A stretch of DNA of 64,000 bases. Source: Carcharhinus amblyrhynchos. Taxonomy: Eukaryota. Of the stretch, positions 12,366-25,274 are shown one piece after another. A program made the position numbers and the translations under genes. Each line of letters opens with the position of its first letter. The stretch's first letter is position 1. The notes below the pieces were generated by a model that was not told the origin of the DNA, searched no databases, and saw nothing but the letters and a program-made list of their open reading frames with translations. Location of the stretch: the NCBI GenBank assembly GCA_965287045.1, contig OZ336888.1:38006001-38070000 (forward strand). The letters are read 5' to 3'.

Positions 12366-12839
12366 GCACTCCTACCCTCGCAATCATTCTGCCATTTGTT
12401 CCCACTCTCTCAATCACTCCCTACTGTGGACAACTCACCCTCCTACGCATCACGCTGCTGCAGTTAGCCAACGTGCAGAGAGCAGAAGAAGAAAACTACA
12501 GTGAGATAGAAAATAACTCAATATTCATGATTGTGCAAGGTCGCAGGTTTGAGTTGCATGTGTGAGTCACCGCCCTCACTCATTTGTTATTGTTTCTGTT
12601 CAGGGCTCTGGGAATAATACAGAGATCTGACAAAGCAGGGTTGCTCACTGCTCAGACCTGTCCAAGTGGAGGTTGTGCAGAAATTCTGGTCACTGTTGCA
12701 TGTATTAATACAGAGAGAAATTCCAGTTTTCTTACAGTGGCTCCTCAGTTCTCAGAGACATTTGCACCACGGGGTCACACCCTTGGGGCAGAATCTGCTT
12801 CACCCCCTACCCCACTCACCACCCCCATGACCCTCATAT

Positions 12840-13440
12840 TTTGGAAACTTCGATCAGCCTTCTCTGCTTTAAGGAAAACAACTACAGCCTAACCAGGCTC
12901 TTTTATAGCTGAAATGCTCCAGCCCAGGCAACATCCTGGTGAATCCCCTTTGCCCCCTCTAGTACAATCACATCCTTCCTATAGTGTGGCAAACTGTACA
13001 CAGTACTCTTGTAGTGACCTAACCAGCATTTTATGCAGCTCCATCATACTTCCCAGCTCTTATATTCAATGATGTGGAGATGCTGGTGTTAGACTGGGGT
13101 AAACACAGTAAGAAGTCTCACAACACCAGGTTAAAGTCCAACAGGTTTATTTGGTAGCACAAGCCACCTTGTGCTATCATGTAAACCTGTTGGACTTTAA
13201 CCTGGTGTTGTGAGACTTATTACTTATTTTCAATGCCTTGGCTAATAAAGGTAAGTTTCCTGCATGCCTTCTTACCACCTTATCTACCTGTCTTCCTGCT
13301 TTCAGGGATTCATGCACATGCATCCTAAGATCCCTCTGGTCCTCTGCACTTCCTAGCTTCCCACCATTCATTATATATTCCCTTGACATGTTAGTCCTTC
13401 CAAAACGCATCACCTCACACCCCTTTACAGGGTTAAATTC
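12840..13440 (-). mobile_element. CR1 LINE fragment, interrupted by the fold-back element at 13071-13224
   Basis: Minus ORF MRFGRTNMSREYIMNGGKLGSAEDQRDL..VHESLK..QVDKVVRR (CR1 ORF2). Confidence 0.85.
13071..13224 (-). mobile_element. Fold-back mini-element, probably Penelope pLTR-derived
   Basis: Near-perfect inverted repeat 13107-13224 with a ~36-nt one-sided extension; 13-bp TSD-like flanks cttatattcaatg (13059-13071) / cttattttcaatg (13223-13235). Confidence 0.7.
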
Positions 13441-13949
13441 CTCTCCTCTCCTCTACCTGACCCCCTAACTTGTTTTGGTCCTCTCCCTGTTCCCCTCCCA
13501 ATTCCTGCTCTGTGAGAACTCACTCGATAATGTTCTGTACCTGGCCACCTGACCTGAGATTTTACACCTTTCTTCTATTTCCCTTTGGTACAGTGCATGA
13601 CTAGCCCTCAGCTTGAAGAATGTAAAATAACCAAAGTGTCCGTGTATGGCCCATTCCCAACTAAAGCATCAGCAAACTGGAGATCCTGACCTCTGAACTT
13701 CAGACTGAGGTAAGTTTAAGTTTGGTGACTTTTTGTGACAATGGTGACATAGATCACAGGAGTGGGTAGGATCAGGGTGGATGTTGGAGTGTGACTGGGG
13801 AGGTAAGGCATTAACAGCAATAGGGTACAGGATGATGGGGGAGAAACTCAAGGATAATCAAGGGGAGGGAGAAGGTGACATTGGGGGTTGATAGTAATCG
13901 GGGGGGGATGTTAATGGGAGGGGAGAGGGTAAAAGCTGGTGGAGACAGT

Positions 13950-15290
13950 TTGAAATAAAACATACACCAACCTGGGACAGAACCAGCCCCAGATCAAGGC
14001 AACATTCTTAATGCCCAACTGTAAAACATTGAGTTGGTTGGAGAGTCTGCTCAGGTGGGTGGGGTTAAAGGTCAGCACAACTGGATAAGTGAAGTGAAAC
14101 CCCTAATAAACAGTGAAGACTGTCTGAGAGGTCCTTATTTGCTGTTCCTCACTAATAGGTGAAGGGCACATGGCAATGTTCTGGCCCACAGGGTTCTCAC
14201 TACAACAAGATCCAAGCGAGGTGTAGAGCTGCTTTTCACTCTGAGCCATTGGTCATTTTCTCCAGGCTGAGTTAGGGAAAGGCGGCAGAAGGAGGGAAGG
14301 GAACATCTACAGGGGGAATGCTGATGAATAGCAGCCAAGTCGTGACTGCAAACATCCATCTTCAAGGGCAAATGGACTTGTCAGACAAGGCCTCATGCAG
14401 TTAGTCTTTCCATTGTGACAAGGCCTCTCCGTGACGCCTCAAGGGCAGTGGAGGTGATTGGATTGTGTGAGTGGGAGGCTTCCTGCACATGGCAGTCATC
14501 ACCCTTGTCAAAGAGCAATGACTCCATGTGCAGCCATGTATTTGGGGGAGGAAGATCCATCCTTGGTACCCCCCCTATTCCAAATTCCCCAAGAACAGGA
14601 GGAATCTGTGTGACCATTCAAACAACTAGCAGGAAGAAAGAATCCAGGAGACTTCCAGACATTGCAATCTTAGGTGTATTTGGGAGTGCAGGAGCTACAC
14701 ACAATGACTGAACACATGTGCCAGCAGGGCTCATTCAAAACTTTTTAATTTTTCTCGATTGTCCCCCAACACCCACAGCACAGGCGGAGGCGGCCTGCTG
14801 ACTCCTGCACATTGTTGTCTGCGATGCCTTTGAGCCTTTGAGGGGGGTCCTCAGGAAGGCACAGTGGTCAGGGAGGCCTAGCGGTCCCAGGCTTGCTTTG
14901 TGGTCTCCTGTTGTGGGGCAGGTGCACCCTCCTGGGCATGAGCAGCCAGAGCTGTGAGGGTCACAGGCAGCGAGGATTGGGAATGCCTGGACACCTTTGG
15001 AGTGTGCTGTGTGGACACCCCTGGAGGAGTCACCTGATGCTCCTCCTTCCTTTGGGTGGCTGAAGGTCCTCCCTGACTCCTTGAGGAGAAGGGGCATCTG
15101 GAGGGAGGTCAAGCTGCCCTGATCCCTCGCATGTAGCTACAGTGAAAGCTCACCCACAGCTACAGTGATACAGTGTGGGTCTGAGCACATCTACAGCAGA
15201 ATCTGATCCTATCACAGAACTCATGGTGGGAGGGGACGAACCTGCTAACTCAGTGATCCACTAACGGTCCACTAACTCAGTGCATTCAAC
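13950..15290. mobile_element. GC-rich degenerate repeat, possibly a Harbinger-type transposon remnant
   Basis: Composition resembles 45280-46070; no convincing transposase motif recovered. Confidence 0.25.
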
Positions 15291-15399
15291 AGATCTGCTT
15301 TTGATCTGTTGAATGCACTGAGTTAGTGGATTTCAGGTAAGGTGTCAGTTTCTGACAATTAACCTCAGTATCCATGGAGACATCTTCTACTCTGTTGAA

Positions 15400-15625
15400 T
15401 TGCGTGTTTTTGTGTGTGCGTTTTTGTTTGCACGTTTGTGTTATCTGTACGTGCTTGATGTGTTCCGTTTTTCTCTGTGTATATTTGTATTTATGTATGT
15501 TTCTTGCTGTGTGCATGTTTGTGTGTGTGTTTCTGTGTGTATGTATGTTTGTGTTTGAGCGTGTGTGTGTTTGTTCATGTGTGTGCATGGATATGTTTGT
15601 ATGTTTATATGTGTCTATCTATGTG
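15400..15625. repeat. Imperfect (TG)n repeat
   Basis: Directly visible. Confidence 0.9.
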
Positions 15626-16734
15626 ATAGGATGCAGGTTAATTCCTGGGACTCTGGGAAATGTTATCTTAATCAGTGACAGTGGGCATAGTGGGCAGGAG
15701 TTGGAGACTGGGTCAATTTGTCAACTCTGCTCAATCATATTCCTGGAGGTTTCTGCTATGACCTCTGAATCTTGACCTACCCCACTGACAGACCCAAGCC
15801 ATTGCCTCATCCCCTGGTCTAGTGGAGAATGAACAGTCTGTCCATTACCCAATTGCATTAATCTTGACTGTTAATGGAAATGCCTTTTTTCCCCCATCTC
15901 CATTACATCTACAACTAAAATGTGAAAATTTTCAAGCAAAATAAATAAAATATTTGTTTTCGATGCCATTGATATTTTCCTTTCTCTTGGATTTTGCTCA
16001 GAGTAGTGCCTGGGGATTAATCTTCATTCCTGGAAACTCCGGGTTGGGAACACTCTGGAGAGGTGCAGAGTCACATTTGACCCTGTGTCCTGCCATTTGG
16101 GTAATGAGGAGTTGTGGGGAGAGAGTGGGAGGGCGGTAGGGAGGAAGGGCATTGGGGGAGAGCAGAGGTTTAGTGTGAATCACACATTAAAAGAGTCAAT
16201 CCTGGCAGTAATACAGTGATGAGTGAAAGGACGCGTGAGTTGGTTATCTGAACTCAGTGATCAACGTAACTGCAATCAAACTGAGAAATCCTTGGAGCAC
16301 AGAGGTGACGGTCTACCAGTCCCTCACTCAGTTCTCTGGCTTCATTCTTTAGATTGTCCCCCCTAATTTCGAACTGACTCTTAGATTGGACATTGTGGCT
16401 TATGGAGTTAAAATTACATCACAACATTGATGACATCAGCAAGCTTGAAAGGTAATTAGCACTCATCACACCCACCTGCCTGGGACGGGTGCCCTGCAAC
16501 ACCCTGTTTTTAATGTGTGGCATTGGGTAGGAATCTGTCCCCTCTTTGCATTCCCACCCATGATGTTAGTACTCCAGTTCACACCTGTCTTATAATCGAG
16601 CTTTTCATGTTTATATGACTATGGGTCTCCGTATCTATCTTCATGAGGGCTGATGTTTGTCTGTGCTGGTGTGCACCTGTATGTTTGTCTCTATCTGTGC
16701 CTGCACGAGTATTTATGTGTGTGCATGTCCTCCT

Positions 16735-17040
16735 TTCATGGGATGTCAGCATTGCTGACCAGGCCAACATTTGTTGCCAATCAGCTTGCTAGGCTGTTTC
16801 AGAGGGCAGGTTACTGAGGGTCTGCAGTCACATGTTAGCTAGGCTAGGGAAGGATGGCAGATTCCCTTCCCTTATAGGGGATCTAATGGGTATTTACAAC
16901 AATCGATCATAGTTTCAGTCACCGGTAATCACTGGCTTTATATTCCTGATCATTAATCGAATTTAAATTCCAATGGTTGTCATGGTGGGATTTGAACCTG
17001 TGCCCCCAGTGCATTAGTTAGCTGGATTACTAGTCAAGCG
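16735..17040 (-). mobile_element. tRNA-derived SINE (family of 53865-54230)
   Basis: tcatgggatgtcagcattgctgacc is the reversed tail; catggtgggatttgaacc is the reversed B box. Confidence 0.75.
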
Positions 17041-17565
17041 ATGTCCACACGTGCATCCGTGTTTAGGTGTGTCTGTATCTGTGAGCATATAAATCTCTAA
17101 ATGAGTGACTTAGTATTTATTTGTGCGCATAACCTGTGTATTATCTGGGTTCACATATTTTTGTGTCTGTTTCTGTGTGTGCATATGTATTTAGGTGTAC
17201 ATGTGCATGCATCTGTGTTGGTTTAATGGTCTTCTCCACTACTTTTTGGTCCCTCAAGCCCTGGTGAGGTGGGCAACATTGGTTCAGCCGTACTAATAGA
17301 TGGGTTGATTTTATCTTGAAATTTGAACCACTTTATGTCTGTTAAGAAAATAGACATACTCAGCAAATGGGTAAATGGAAACAAAAGACCACAGGAGGCT
17401 GGCTCTTCTGTTACAGGATCCAATGTACAAGATGTCCGTGACTCATCCACCCATGAAAAGACTGTTTTATATTTTATTAGCCCACGCTTTCCTCCAGAAC
17501 CACCACATTTTATAGATTGTTTTCTCTTGATGTTATTTTGTAAATTCATTTTTTTTCGAAGCATT

Positions 17566-17787
17566 GGCTAAGATTTTCCAGCCCCACCATCCCTCCTTCA
17601 CGTGGGATTTTTCAGAGGCAGAGGTGGCTTGCCATTGGCTGCTGGCAAGGTTTTTCAGTCCTGCCGAAGTCAATGCCGATTTGCGTTGATCTCCGGCTGT
17701 GCTGCCTGGAACACATGGTGGGGTGGGGATTGGGGACTGGGGGAGGGGCATTGTCTTTGGTAGGCCCAGAAGACTCCGCCAGTGGGA
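17566..17787. mobile_element. MITE/Harbinger-like remnant
   Basis: Starts ggctaagattttccagc; the matching inverted end gctggaaagtcctggcc lies at ~17790-17807. Confidence 0.5.
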
Positions 17788-17849
17788 AGAGCTGGAAAGT
17801 CCTGGCCATCGTTTCTGTGCCAGGTTTTGTATATCTGAAGACACTTTTT

Positions 17850-18935
17850 ATGTTGATAACACACAGCTCTATCTCACCACTACCTGTTTCACCTTCACTC
17901 TGCTACCACTAAATTGTCACACTGTGTATTGTTGGACGAGCAGAAATTTCCAGGAAAGACCAATGCCATTTCCTTCAGTTGTTTCCTCTAGCCACCATCT
18001 CCATCCCTCTCTCCGGCCACAGTCTGAGCTTGAACCAGATCATTTGCAACCTTTGCCAATGAGCAGAGACTTCAATTACATATCCATCAACTGACCCACT
18101 TACTACCTCCAAAATATCTCTCATTTTTACCTCTGTCTCTGATCATCTTCTAATAAAACCTCATCCCATACGTTTGTTGCCACAGGTTATTCCAATGGCT
18201 CCTGATTAGTCTTCCACCCAACCACAATTGGCAAGCTGGAACCAATCCAAACCATCCAATCTATTCCTATTCTATTTCAAGTGGTTGCCACCCATCACCC
18301 ACAGTGCTTACTGACCTGCTTTAGCTCCTGGTCTGCAATTTAAAAATTTTCATCCTCGCTTACAAATCTCTCTGTGGCTTCACCCCTCCCAATCTTGATA
18401 ACATCCTCCAATGCAACAACCCTCCAAGATCTCTGTGTTACTCCAATTCTGGCCTCTTGCGCATCCCTAGTTTTAAATGCTCCACCGTTGGCAGCTATTT
18501 CTTCAGCTGCCTGCTTTCTAAGCTCTGGAATACCCTTCAGCTCTCTCTGTTCCTCTACCGCTAATACCCCACAACCCTCTCTGTTCCTCTCCCACTAATA
18601 CCTCTTAACGCTCTCTGTCCCTGTCCCACTAATACCCTTCAACTCTCTCTATCCCTCTCCTGCTAATACCCTACCATCCCCTCTGCCCATCTCCCACTAA
18701 TACCCTACAACCCTCTCTGACACCCTCCTGCTAATACCCCTCAACTGTCTCTGTCCCTCCACCCCTGTCTTCTCATTTCACGTTACTTCTTAAAAAACAA
18801 TCTGTGTGGCAAAGCTCTTGACCAGCTGTCCCCTCACCTCTTTATGTGGCTCTGTGTCAATGCTTCATTGACAACACTCCTATGAAATATATTGGAACAT
18901 TTTAAAGGCACTATATAAATGCAAGCTGTTGTTTT
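17850..18935 (+). mobile_element. L2 LINE 3' portion
   Basis: tatgttgataacacacagctctatctc (YADDTQLY-like RT motif); ends gcactatataaatgcaagctgttgtt. Confidence 0.8.
18526..18760. repeat. 34-bp minisatellite inside L2, about 7 copies
   Basis: ctaatacc at 18561, 18595, 18629, 18663, 18697 and 18731. Confidence 0.9.
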
Positions 18936-19011
18936 GAGTTTCAGATTACAACTGACTGGATCCATCAAAGACAACAGCTTCTCACCCATGTCCAGCATTG
19001 CTTATAATTGC

Positions 19012-19372
19012 TGGTGGCTCAGTTAGTAACACTGTTGCTTCTGAATCGAGAAGGTTGTGGAGTCAAGTCCCACCTCAACATGAGAACAAGGTGGGTGCTG
19101 CTCTGTCAGAAATGCCGGCTTCTCAACATGATATCAAACCAAAGTCCCATCTGCTGTCTTGGTGGACGTACACTGTTACACAGCAATGTTACAAAGAAGA
19201 GCCGAGGCGTTATCTTTGGATGGCCTGGAAATATTTATCCCTCAACAAACATGACCTAGTCATTGATCACATTTTTCTTTGTGGGAGCTTGCTGTGTGCA
19301 AATTGACTGTTGCGTATTCCACATTACAGTAATGGATAAGCCTCAAAAGATGTTCATTGGCTGTAAAACCTG
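19012..19372 (+). mobile_element. Deu-domain SINE (SacSINE1-like)
   Basis: tRNA-like head tggctcagttagtaacact..aggttgtggagtcaagtccca; Deu core aatatttatccctcaac..tgtgggagcttgctgtgtgcaaattg. Confidence 0.75.
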
Positions 19373-20689
19373 GGTTCATGATAGGACCTGTGTCTCTCAG
19401 GGTAATAATTGCAGAGATAGGGGTCAATGTGCCTCCAGACTCTCTCTGCCCCATTTCCCACAGGTTTCAGATCAATATTATTAAGGGCCCCCCCCTCCAG
19501 CAAATCATCCTGTAATACGCAGGTTCTCTTTGAGATTTTTGACTTAGGTGTTAAATTGCCAAGATGGATTCCCCTGTGGCCAGTCCATATCTCTCCTTGT
19601 TTGAACACAGTCCAGTTCAGTGCACAGCTGAGTCCTGTGGAGCACATCTTCCTGAGAAAAGGAAACTACCAAAAGGTCAAGACAACAAAATTGTTTTGGG
19701 TGTCCTAACTGTGCTTAGAGTAATGTATGGCAGGTACCATAAACCATTCTGCTCTGCCACAATTTATCCCAAAACCTTCCAGTTTAAATCGCGGACAGAT
19801 AATCAGCTAATTCCTTTTTGAAAAGACTCAGTAACCGACTGTGATACACATTGAGGAGACACTCCTTTGCATTCCGTCCAATGCATTTTGAAGATAAAAT
19901 GACCAATGTGGAAATCCACACTCCAAATGTAAAATCATCCATGAATTTTAGGAAGTTAAAATGCTTTGATTTATGATCCTAGGGTCTGATTATCAATGGC
20001 TTACATTGGTTACTTTCAGTCAATAATTAATAAATCATCTCCAGCATGCATTAGTGGAGGAAATGAGGAGAACCCTAACTGCGTCTTGAAGTCACACTTG
20101 AGAATGAGCCAACACAACAAGGGTCCTGCATGGGATCAGTCACTGAGGACACCACTAACCATATGGCATGAAGACACACTCAAGGCAGCTCCCAATGTCT
20201 TGCTGAGATGGCGCCCCCCTAATCCATTCAGCACATTCTGAAAAGGCAGCTGCTGCATAGGAGCACCGCCACCTGTAAGTTCCCCTCCAAGTCACCTCTA
20301 ACTTGATCACCATTCCTTAACTGCCTCAAAATCCTGGAACTCCCTTCCTGCACTGCGGGTCTTCCTGGTTCAAGAAGGCAGCTCACTGTCACCTCCTCCA
20401 TGGTAATTAGGGATGGGTAATAAATGCCAGCCCAGCCAGTGGCGCTTGGAATATATATACATATATATATTATAGACATCGAATCTACAGCATGGAGACA
20501 GGGCCTTCGGCCAAACTGGTCCATGCCAACAAAAAGCCTGTCTAAGCTAACCCCACTTGCCAGCATTTGGCCCATATCCCTCTAAACATTTCCTATTCAT
20601 GTATCTGTCCAAATGCCTTTTAAATGTTGGCAATGGCTCTGCCTCAAGCACTGATGATAAATCTTTTTCAAAATAAACTAGTGACAAGA

Positions 20690-21000
20690 AACAAATGTTT
20701 ATATAGCACTTTACAATTTATCACAGAAACATCCCAAAGTGTCCCATGTAAAAATAACTGTTTCCATGAATATTTGTGCAAGTTGAGAGGAAAATGCAGC
20801 ACCACACAAGCCACATGGCCAAATAATAGAATCAGAAACTATTGATTAAGGGAGGAAGAATATTCTTAGCTATAGGAAAATTCCCTGCTCTTCTTTCAAT
20901 AGGATGTGATCTTTAACATCCACTTAAACCACAAGAACCAGCAGGTAAGACCTTGATTTACATCACATCCAGGTGACAGCACCTCAATCAACGAAGCACT
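20690..21000 (-). mobile_element. Deu-domain SINE, degenerate
   Basis: tttatatagcact reversed tail; aattccctgctcttctt..gatctttaacatccac reversed Deu core. Confidence 0.55.
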
Positions 21001-21984
21001 TTGGGAATCAAATGGGGTTTCAATTTCTCTTTTTTCATTAATTCATAAGTCATTTCTGGCAGGGCCAGCATCTATTGCCCATCTCTAATTGCCCTTGGGA
21101 AAGTGAGGCTGAGCCATCTTCTTCATCCTCTGCAGTCCTTGAGGTCCGTATATGGAACTCATAAGTTTCTAACCTGACACAAGAGTGTTAGTGACTTAGC
21201 CAAGCTGCCATTTAGCTTCCTGAATAGAAATGAGAGAAGTTTCAGAAGATGAATACAGATGGAGCTGATCAAAAATTGCCTGGAACAAAATCATTCCTGT
21301 GCCACTGAGACCATCTGAAAAATGCAACAGGTCAGAGGTGAGTCAAATTGAAGGTCAAATTTTGGCTACTGAGACGGGTAGTTTGAGCTGGGAAATTTTC
21401 CGACTCACCAGACTTGCTGGGTAAAAATTACCCTGAAACTTGTGATTTTCACTTCTGAAGATATGGGTGCAGGATAGAATCGAGCCTGCTGACTCTGGAA
21501 GTAGAGTGTGGGCAGCCAGGGGGTGGTGAATGCCGAGGTGGGCTGGTTAGAAGGTTCATCGTGGGTCTCTGAGACTTTGTCCCAGTCATTTAAGAAGTTG
21601 TTAGGCCCACTAGCACTCACACATACTCAGCTGCACACCCCCACATACCCCATCGTAGCCCGTCATAGCTTCAATGCCAATTCAATGCGTCCTGACTAAC
21701 AATCAAACCCCCACGGCCAGTCATAACCTCCATGCCATCTCCATGGCCACTCACTCAGTATCCACTATGGGCAGATTACTGAAAACTTGTGAATTGAAAA
21801 CAAATTCTAACAATTTAATAAACTTTCCCTCATATACACTTGTTCGTGAAAAAAAACTCCTATTCATAAAATCTATTTAAAATTTTAAATTTCATGAAGT
21901 GGTTAATTTCTTATTAAAACGAACTTCTATTCAACAGTTGCATCAAAGATAGTAAATCCTTTAATAGCCTCTTTAAGTTCGAGT

Positions 21985-23090
21985 GAGAGTGACTGCCCTT
22001 GACATAAGACAGCATTTGACTGAGTCTGGCATTAAGGAACCCTAGAAAAACTGGAGTCAATGGGAACCAGGGGAAAACTCTCCATTGGTTGAGTCATACC
22101 TCGCACAAAGGAAGATAGTTGTGATTATTGGAGGTCAATCATCTCGGTTCCAGGACATCTCTGCAGGAGCTCCTCGGGGTAGTGTCCTAGGCCCAACTAT
22201 CCTCAGCTGCTTCACCAATGACCTGCCCTCATAAGGTCTGAAATGGGGATTTTTGCACAATATTTAGCACCGTTAATGATTCCTCAGAGACTGAAGCAGG
22301 TTTGGACTGACAACTGGCAAGTGACATTCATGCCATATTATTGCCAGACAATGACCACCTCCAGAGAGAATCCAATCATCTCCCCTTGACATTACATGAC
22401 ATGACCATCACTGAATCTCACTCTCAAAATCCTGGTGGTTACCATTGACCAGAAACTGAAATGGAAGCATCATGTAAATATTGTGGCTACCAGAGCAGGT
22501 CAGAGGCTGGGAATTCTGTGGAGAGTAACTCACCTCCTGATTCCCCAAAGCCTATCTACTATGCGCAAGGCACAAGTGTGCTGGAGTTGTCTCCATGTTC
22601 CTGGATGAAGTCAGCTCCAACAATAGCCAAGAAGATTCACACCACCCAGGACAAAGCAGCTCACTTGATTGGTATTCCTTACCCCACTTTAAACATTTAC
22701 TCCCTCCGCCACGGGTGCATAGTGGTCGCAGTGTCCACCATCTGCAACATACACTGCAGCAAATCACCAAGGTTTTTTCAACAGCACCTTCCAAACTTGT
22801 GATCTCTACCACCTAAAAGGACGAGGCAGTGAGATGCATGGGAACACAACCACCTGTAAATTCCCTCCAAGACACCCAGCATCCTGACTTGAAACTGTAT
22901 CACTGTTTCTTCACTGTCGCAGGGTCAAAATTCTGGAGCTCCTTCCCTAACAGTACTGTAGGTATACCTTCACCACCTGGACTGCAGCAGTCCAGGAAGC
23001 TCGCTCACCACTACCTTCTCAAGGGCAATTAAGGATGGGCAATAAATACTGGCCTAGCCAATGCTGCTCACATGCTGAGAAAGAATTTTT
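21985..23090 (+). mobile_element. CR1/L2-superfamily LINE 3' half (same family as 4480-6275)
   Basis: cttgacat.aagacagcatttgac and cctcggggtagtgtcctaggccca RT motifs; tail ggatgggcaataaatactggcc. Confidence 0.85.
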
Positions 23091-23874
23091 TAAAAGCTGT
23101 CAATGAAGCTGTGAACACAGGAGTCCCTGCTGAGATAATTGTAGCTTTCGAAATGTAGCCAAGCATTCATAATGATATAATGATAGCTCTTGGGGAAAAG
23201 TCAACAAAGAACTGTATTGAAACTGAGAGACCAGGTGCTACTTCTTTCTAACCCATGCCTATCAATGAAAGCAGTCCAGCAGAGGTTCTTTTTTAACTCT
23301 GATGCTTTATTTTCAAAATTAAAAAGCAGGGATTTAGTTATTTAGACCTTATTCACCCTTCAAAAGTATTTTGATTGATTCCACCAGTCCACTGACTCCC
23401 AGACCCTGGGTTGAGGCCCTTATACCAGCCCTAGTGGGGTGTCTTTGAAATCAGCATTGGGTTTTAATGCTCCTGTTGACTGTAAGATTCCCTCCTCTGT
23501 GAAACCTTTCCCCTTTCCCTTATGGCAAAAATTAAATCTGTTGGAATTGGACCAGGATTTCCGCATCTGAATTTTGCCTGCCATTTTTCAAGGTCCACAG
23601 AAGCCCCCTGTCTCCATGGAAATCCATTGCATTGTTACAGCACAGAAAGAGGATATTTGGTCCATTGAGTCATGCTGGCTCTCAATGAGCAATTAATTTA
23701 TCCTTGTAGCCCAACAAGATTATTTCCCTCAAATGGTCATCCAAATTCCTTTTGAAAGCATTCATTGGACTGCATACCTTTGGGCACTGCGGTCCAACTG
23801 TACCATTACTACCGCCATTTCCCCAACTCCCCGCCTTTTTAACATCATAAAACCTATCACATTTCTACCTCCCT

Positions 23875-23980
23875 TCAGTTCCGAAGAAAAGCCTTGTGGA
23901 CTCGAAACATTAACTATGTTTCTCTCTCCATAGATGCTGCCAGACCTGCTGAGCTTATCCAGCATTATCTGTTTTTAGTT
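23875..23980 (+). mobile_element. Short Penelope pLTR fragment with degenerate hammerhead motif
   Basis: agtt-ccgaaga-(stem II)-gaaacatt-aact followed by tttctctctccatagatgctgccagacctgctgag. Confidence 0.7.
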
Positions 23981-25274
23981 CATATTAATGTTACTATACT
24001 CACAGATTGCAAATTCATGAAATTATTCATTTAAACTGTATTTGAGTTCCTGTGGCTTCCTGATATGTACCCATGTACCTTCTCCACTCCATCCTTAAGG
24101 ACCAAAAACTTGGCTGTCCCCACATTAGAAAGAAATCAGTGGACTTTTATTCATATTTACCTGGAATAGTTACCTCCGGCTATTCTGGTGACGATCTCGA
24201 ATTGATGAAGATGCAAATTGCTGACTGTTTAATGGGAAAGGAAAGGCCATGTGGGCCAGATGTCCTTTACTTTTATTATTACAAGTAATTTTCCTTTCAT
24301 ATGCCCAATTATTTACCGGATCTGCCTGTGGTGGTTGGGTGTAGGCCAACTGGGTTTTCCACACCTGCTGGATTTTGGTAAAATTTGGAACCGTCTACCA
24401 AAGAAAAATGGCCAAGGGTTGACAATGAAGGGAAAGAAACAAACTTTTGTACTGATAGATTCAGTTATCATAAAATAAGACAAAGATGATGATTTCCATG
24501 GGGAGAGGGTGGAGGGAAGTGAGCTTAAAAGGAGAATAACAAAAGGTCTGAAACCTTTCTTTGAGAAGACACCTGGTGATTAGCACCAACAGAACACTGC
24601 ACGTTCCGAAGCTCATCTCCCTTTGATTATCAAAGCCTAAAAATTATTCAGCAGTAGGATCTATTTTCATTATTAATGCATGAGGCGAAGATTAAAAAGG
24701 GAATGCTATAGCCTTGAATCCTGCTGATTGACAATACTTTTTACCCACATCATTTTGATATAAACTCTCCCCAGCTAGGATTGCAATATCATGTTATCCA
24801 GCCTGACGTTACAAACACGGCTTATTTAACTACTTGCTAAATTACTAAGTAAATTGTTGATTGAAAATTCGATCATCAAGGTAAGAGATAATTTAATCCT
24901 TTCTTTTTCAGGCATACCATGTCACTATCAAGCACTCTCCTAAATCAACTGCAGCCCGGATTAGATGCAGAATAAAGTTCCCTTACACTGTTCTGGCTGA
25001 GGTGGGAGGAGTACACTGTCTGTCTCTAGATTCTCGACCCCACGGGTCTCAATATATATGTAAATGATTTCCTCAGCTAGCTATGCTGCTTGATATCTAT
25101 CTTACCTGTGAATCTCAAATTTACCACTCAGTACCCAAGTGTCTTCAATAAACAACGTAATTATGTGTTTATTATAAAACCAGACTTATCAAGTAGGATG
25201 CAAAGCTTATCAACAAAGGGTGAAACATGAAAATATGATAATTATGCTTTCTAAATTCTCTAACTCACACATAC

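Noticed and set aside
16215-16250. C/D snoRNA boxes or hammerhead-like gtgatgagtgaaaggac
   Set aside because: C to D distance is only ~36 nt with no terminal stem; lacks the CUGA and GAAA core arrangement.
24874-24915. Donor AAG|GTAAGA followed by acceptor tttcag
   Set aside because: The implied intron of ~31 nt is too short and no flanking reading frame is evident.
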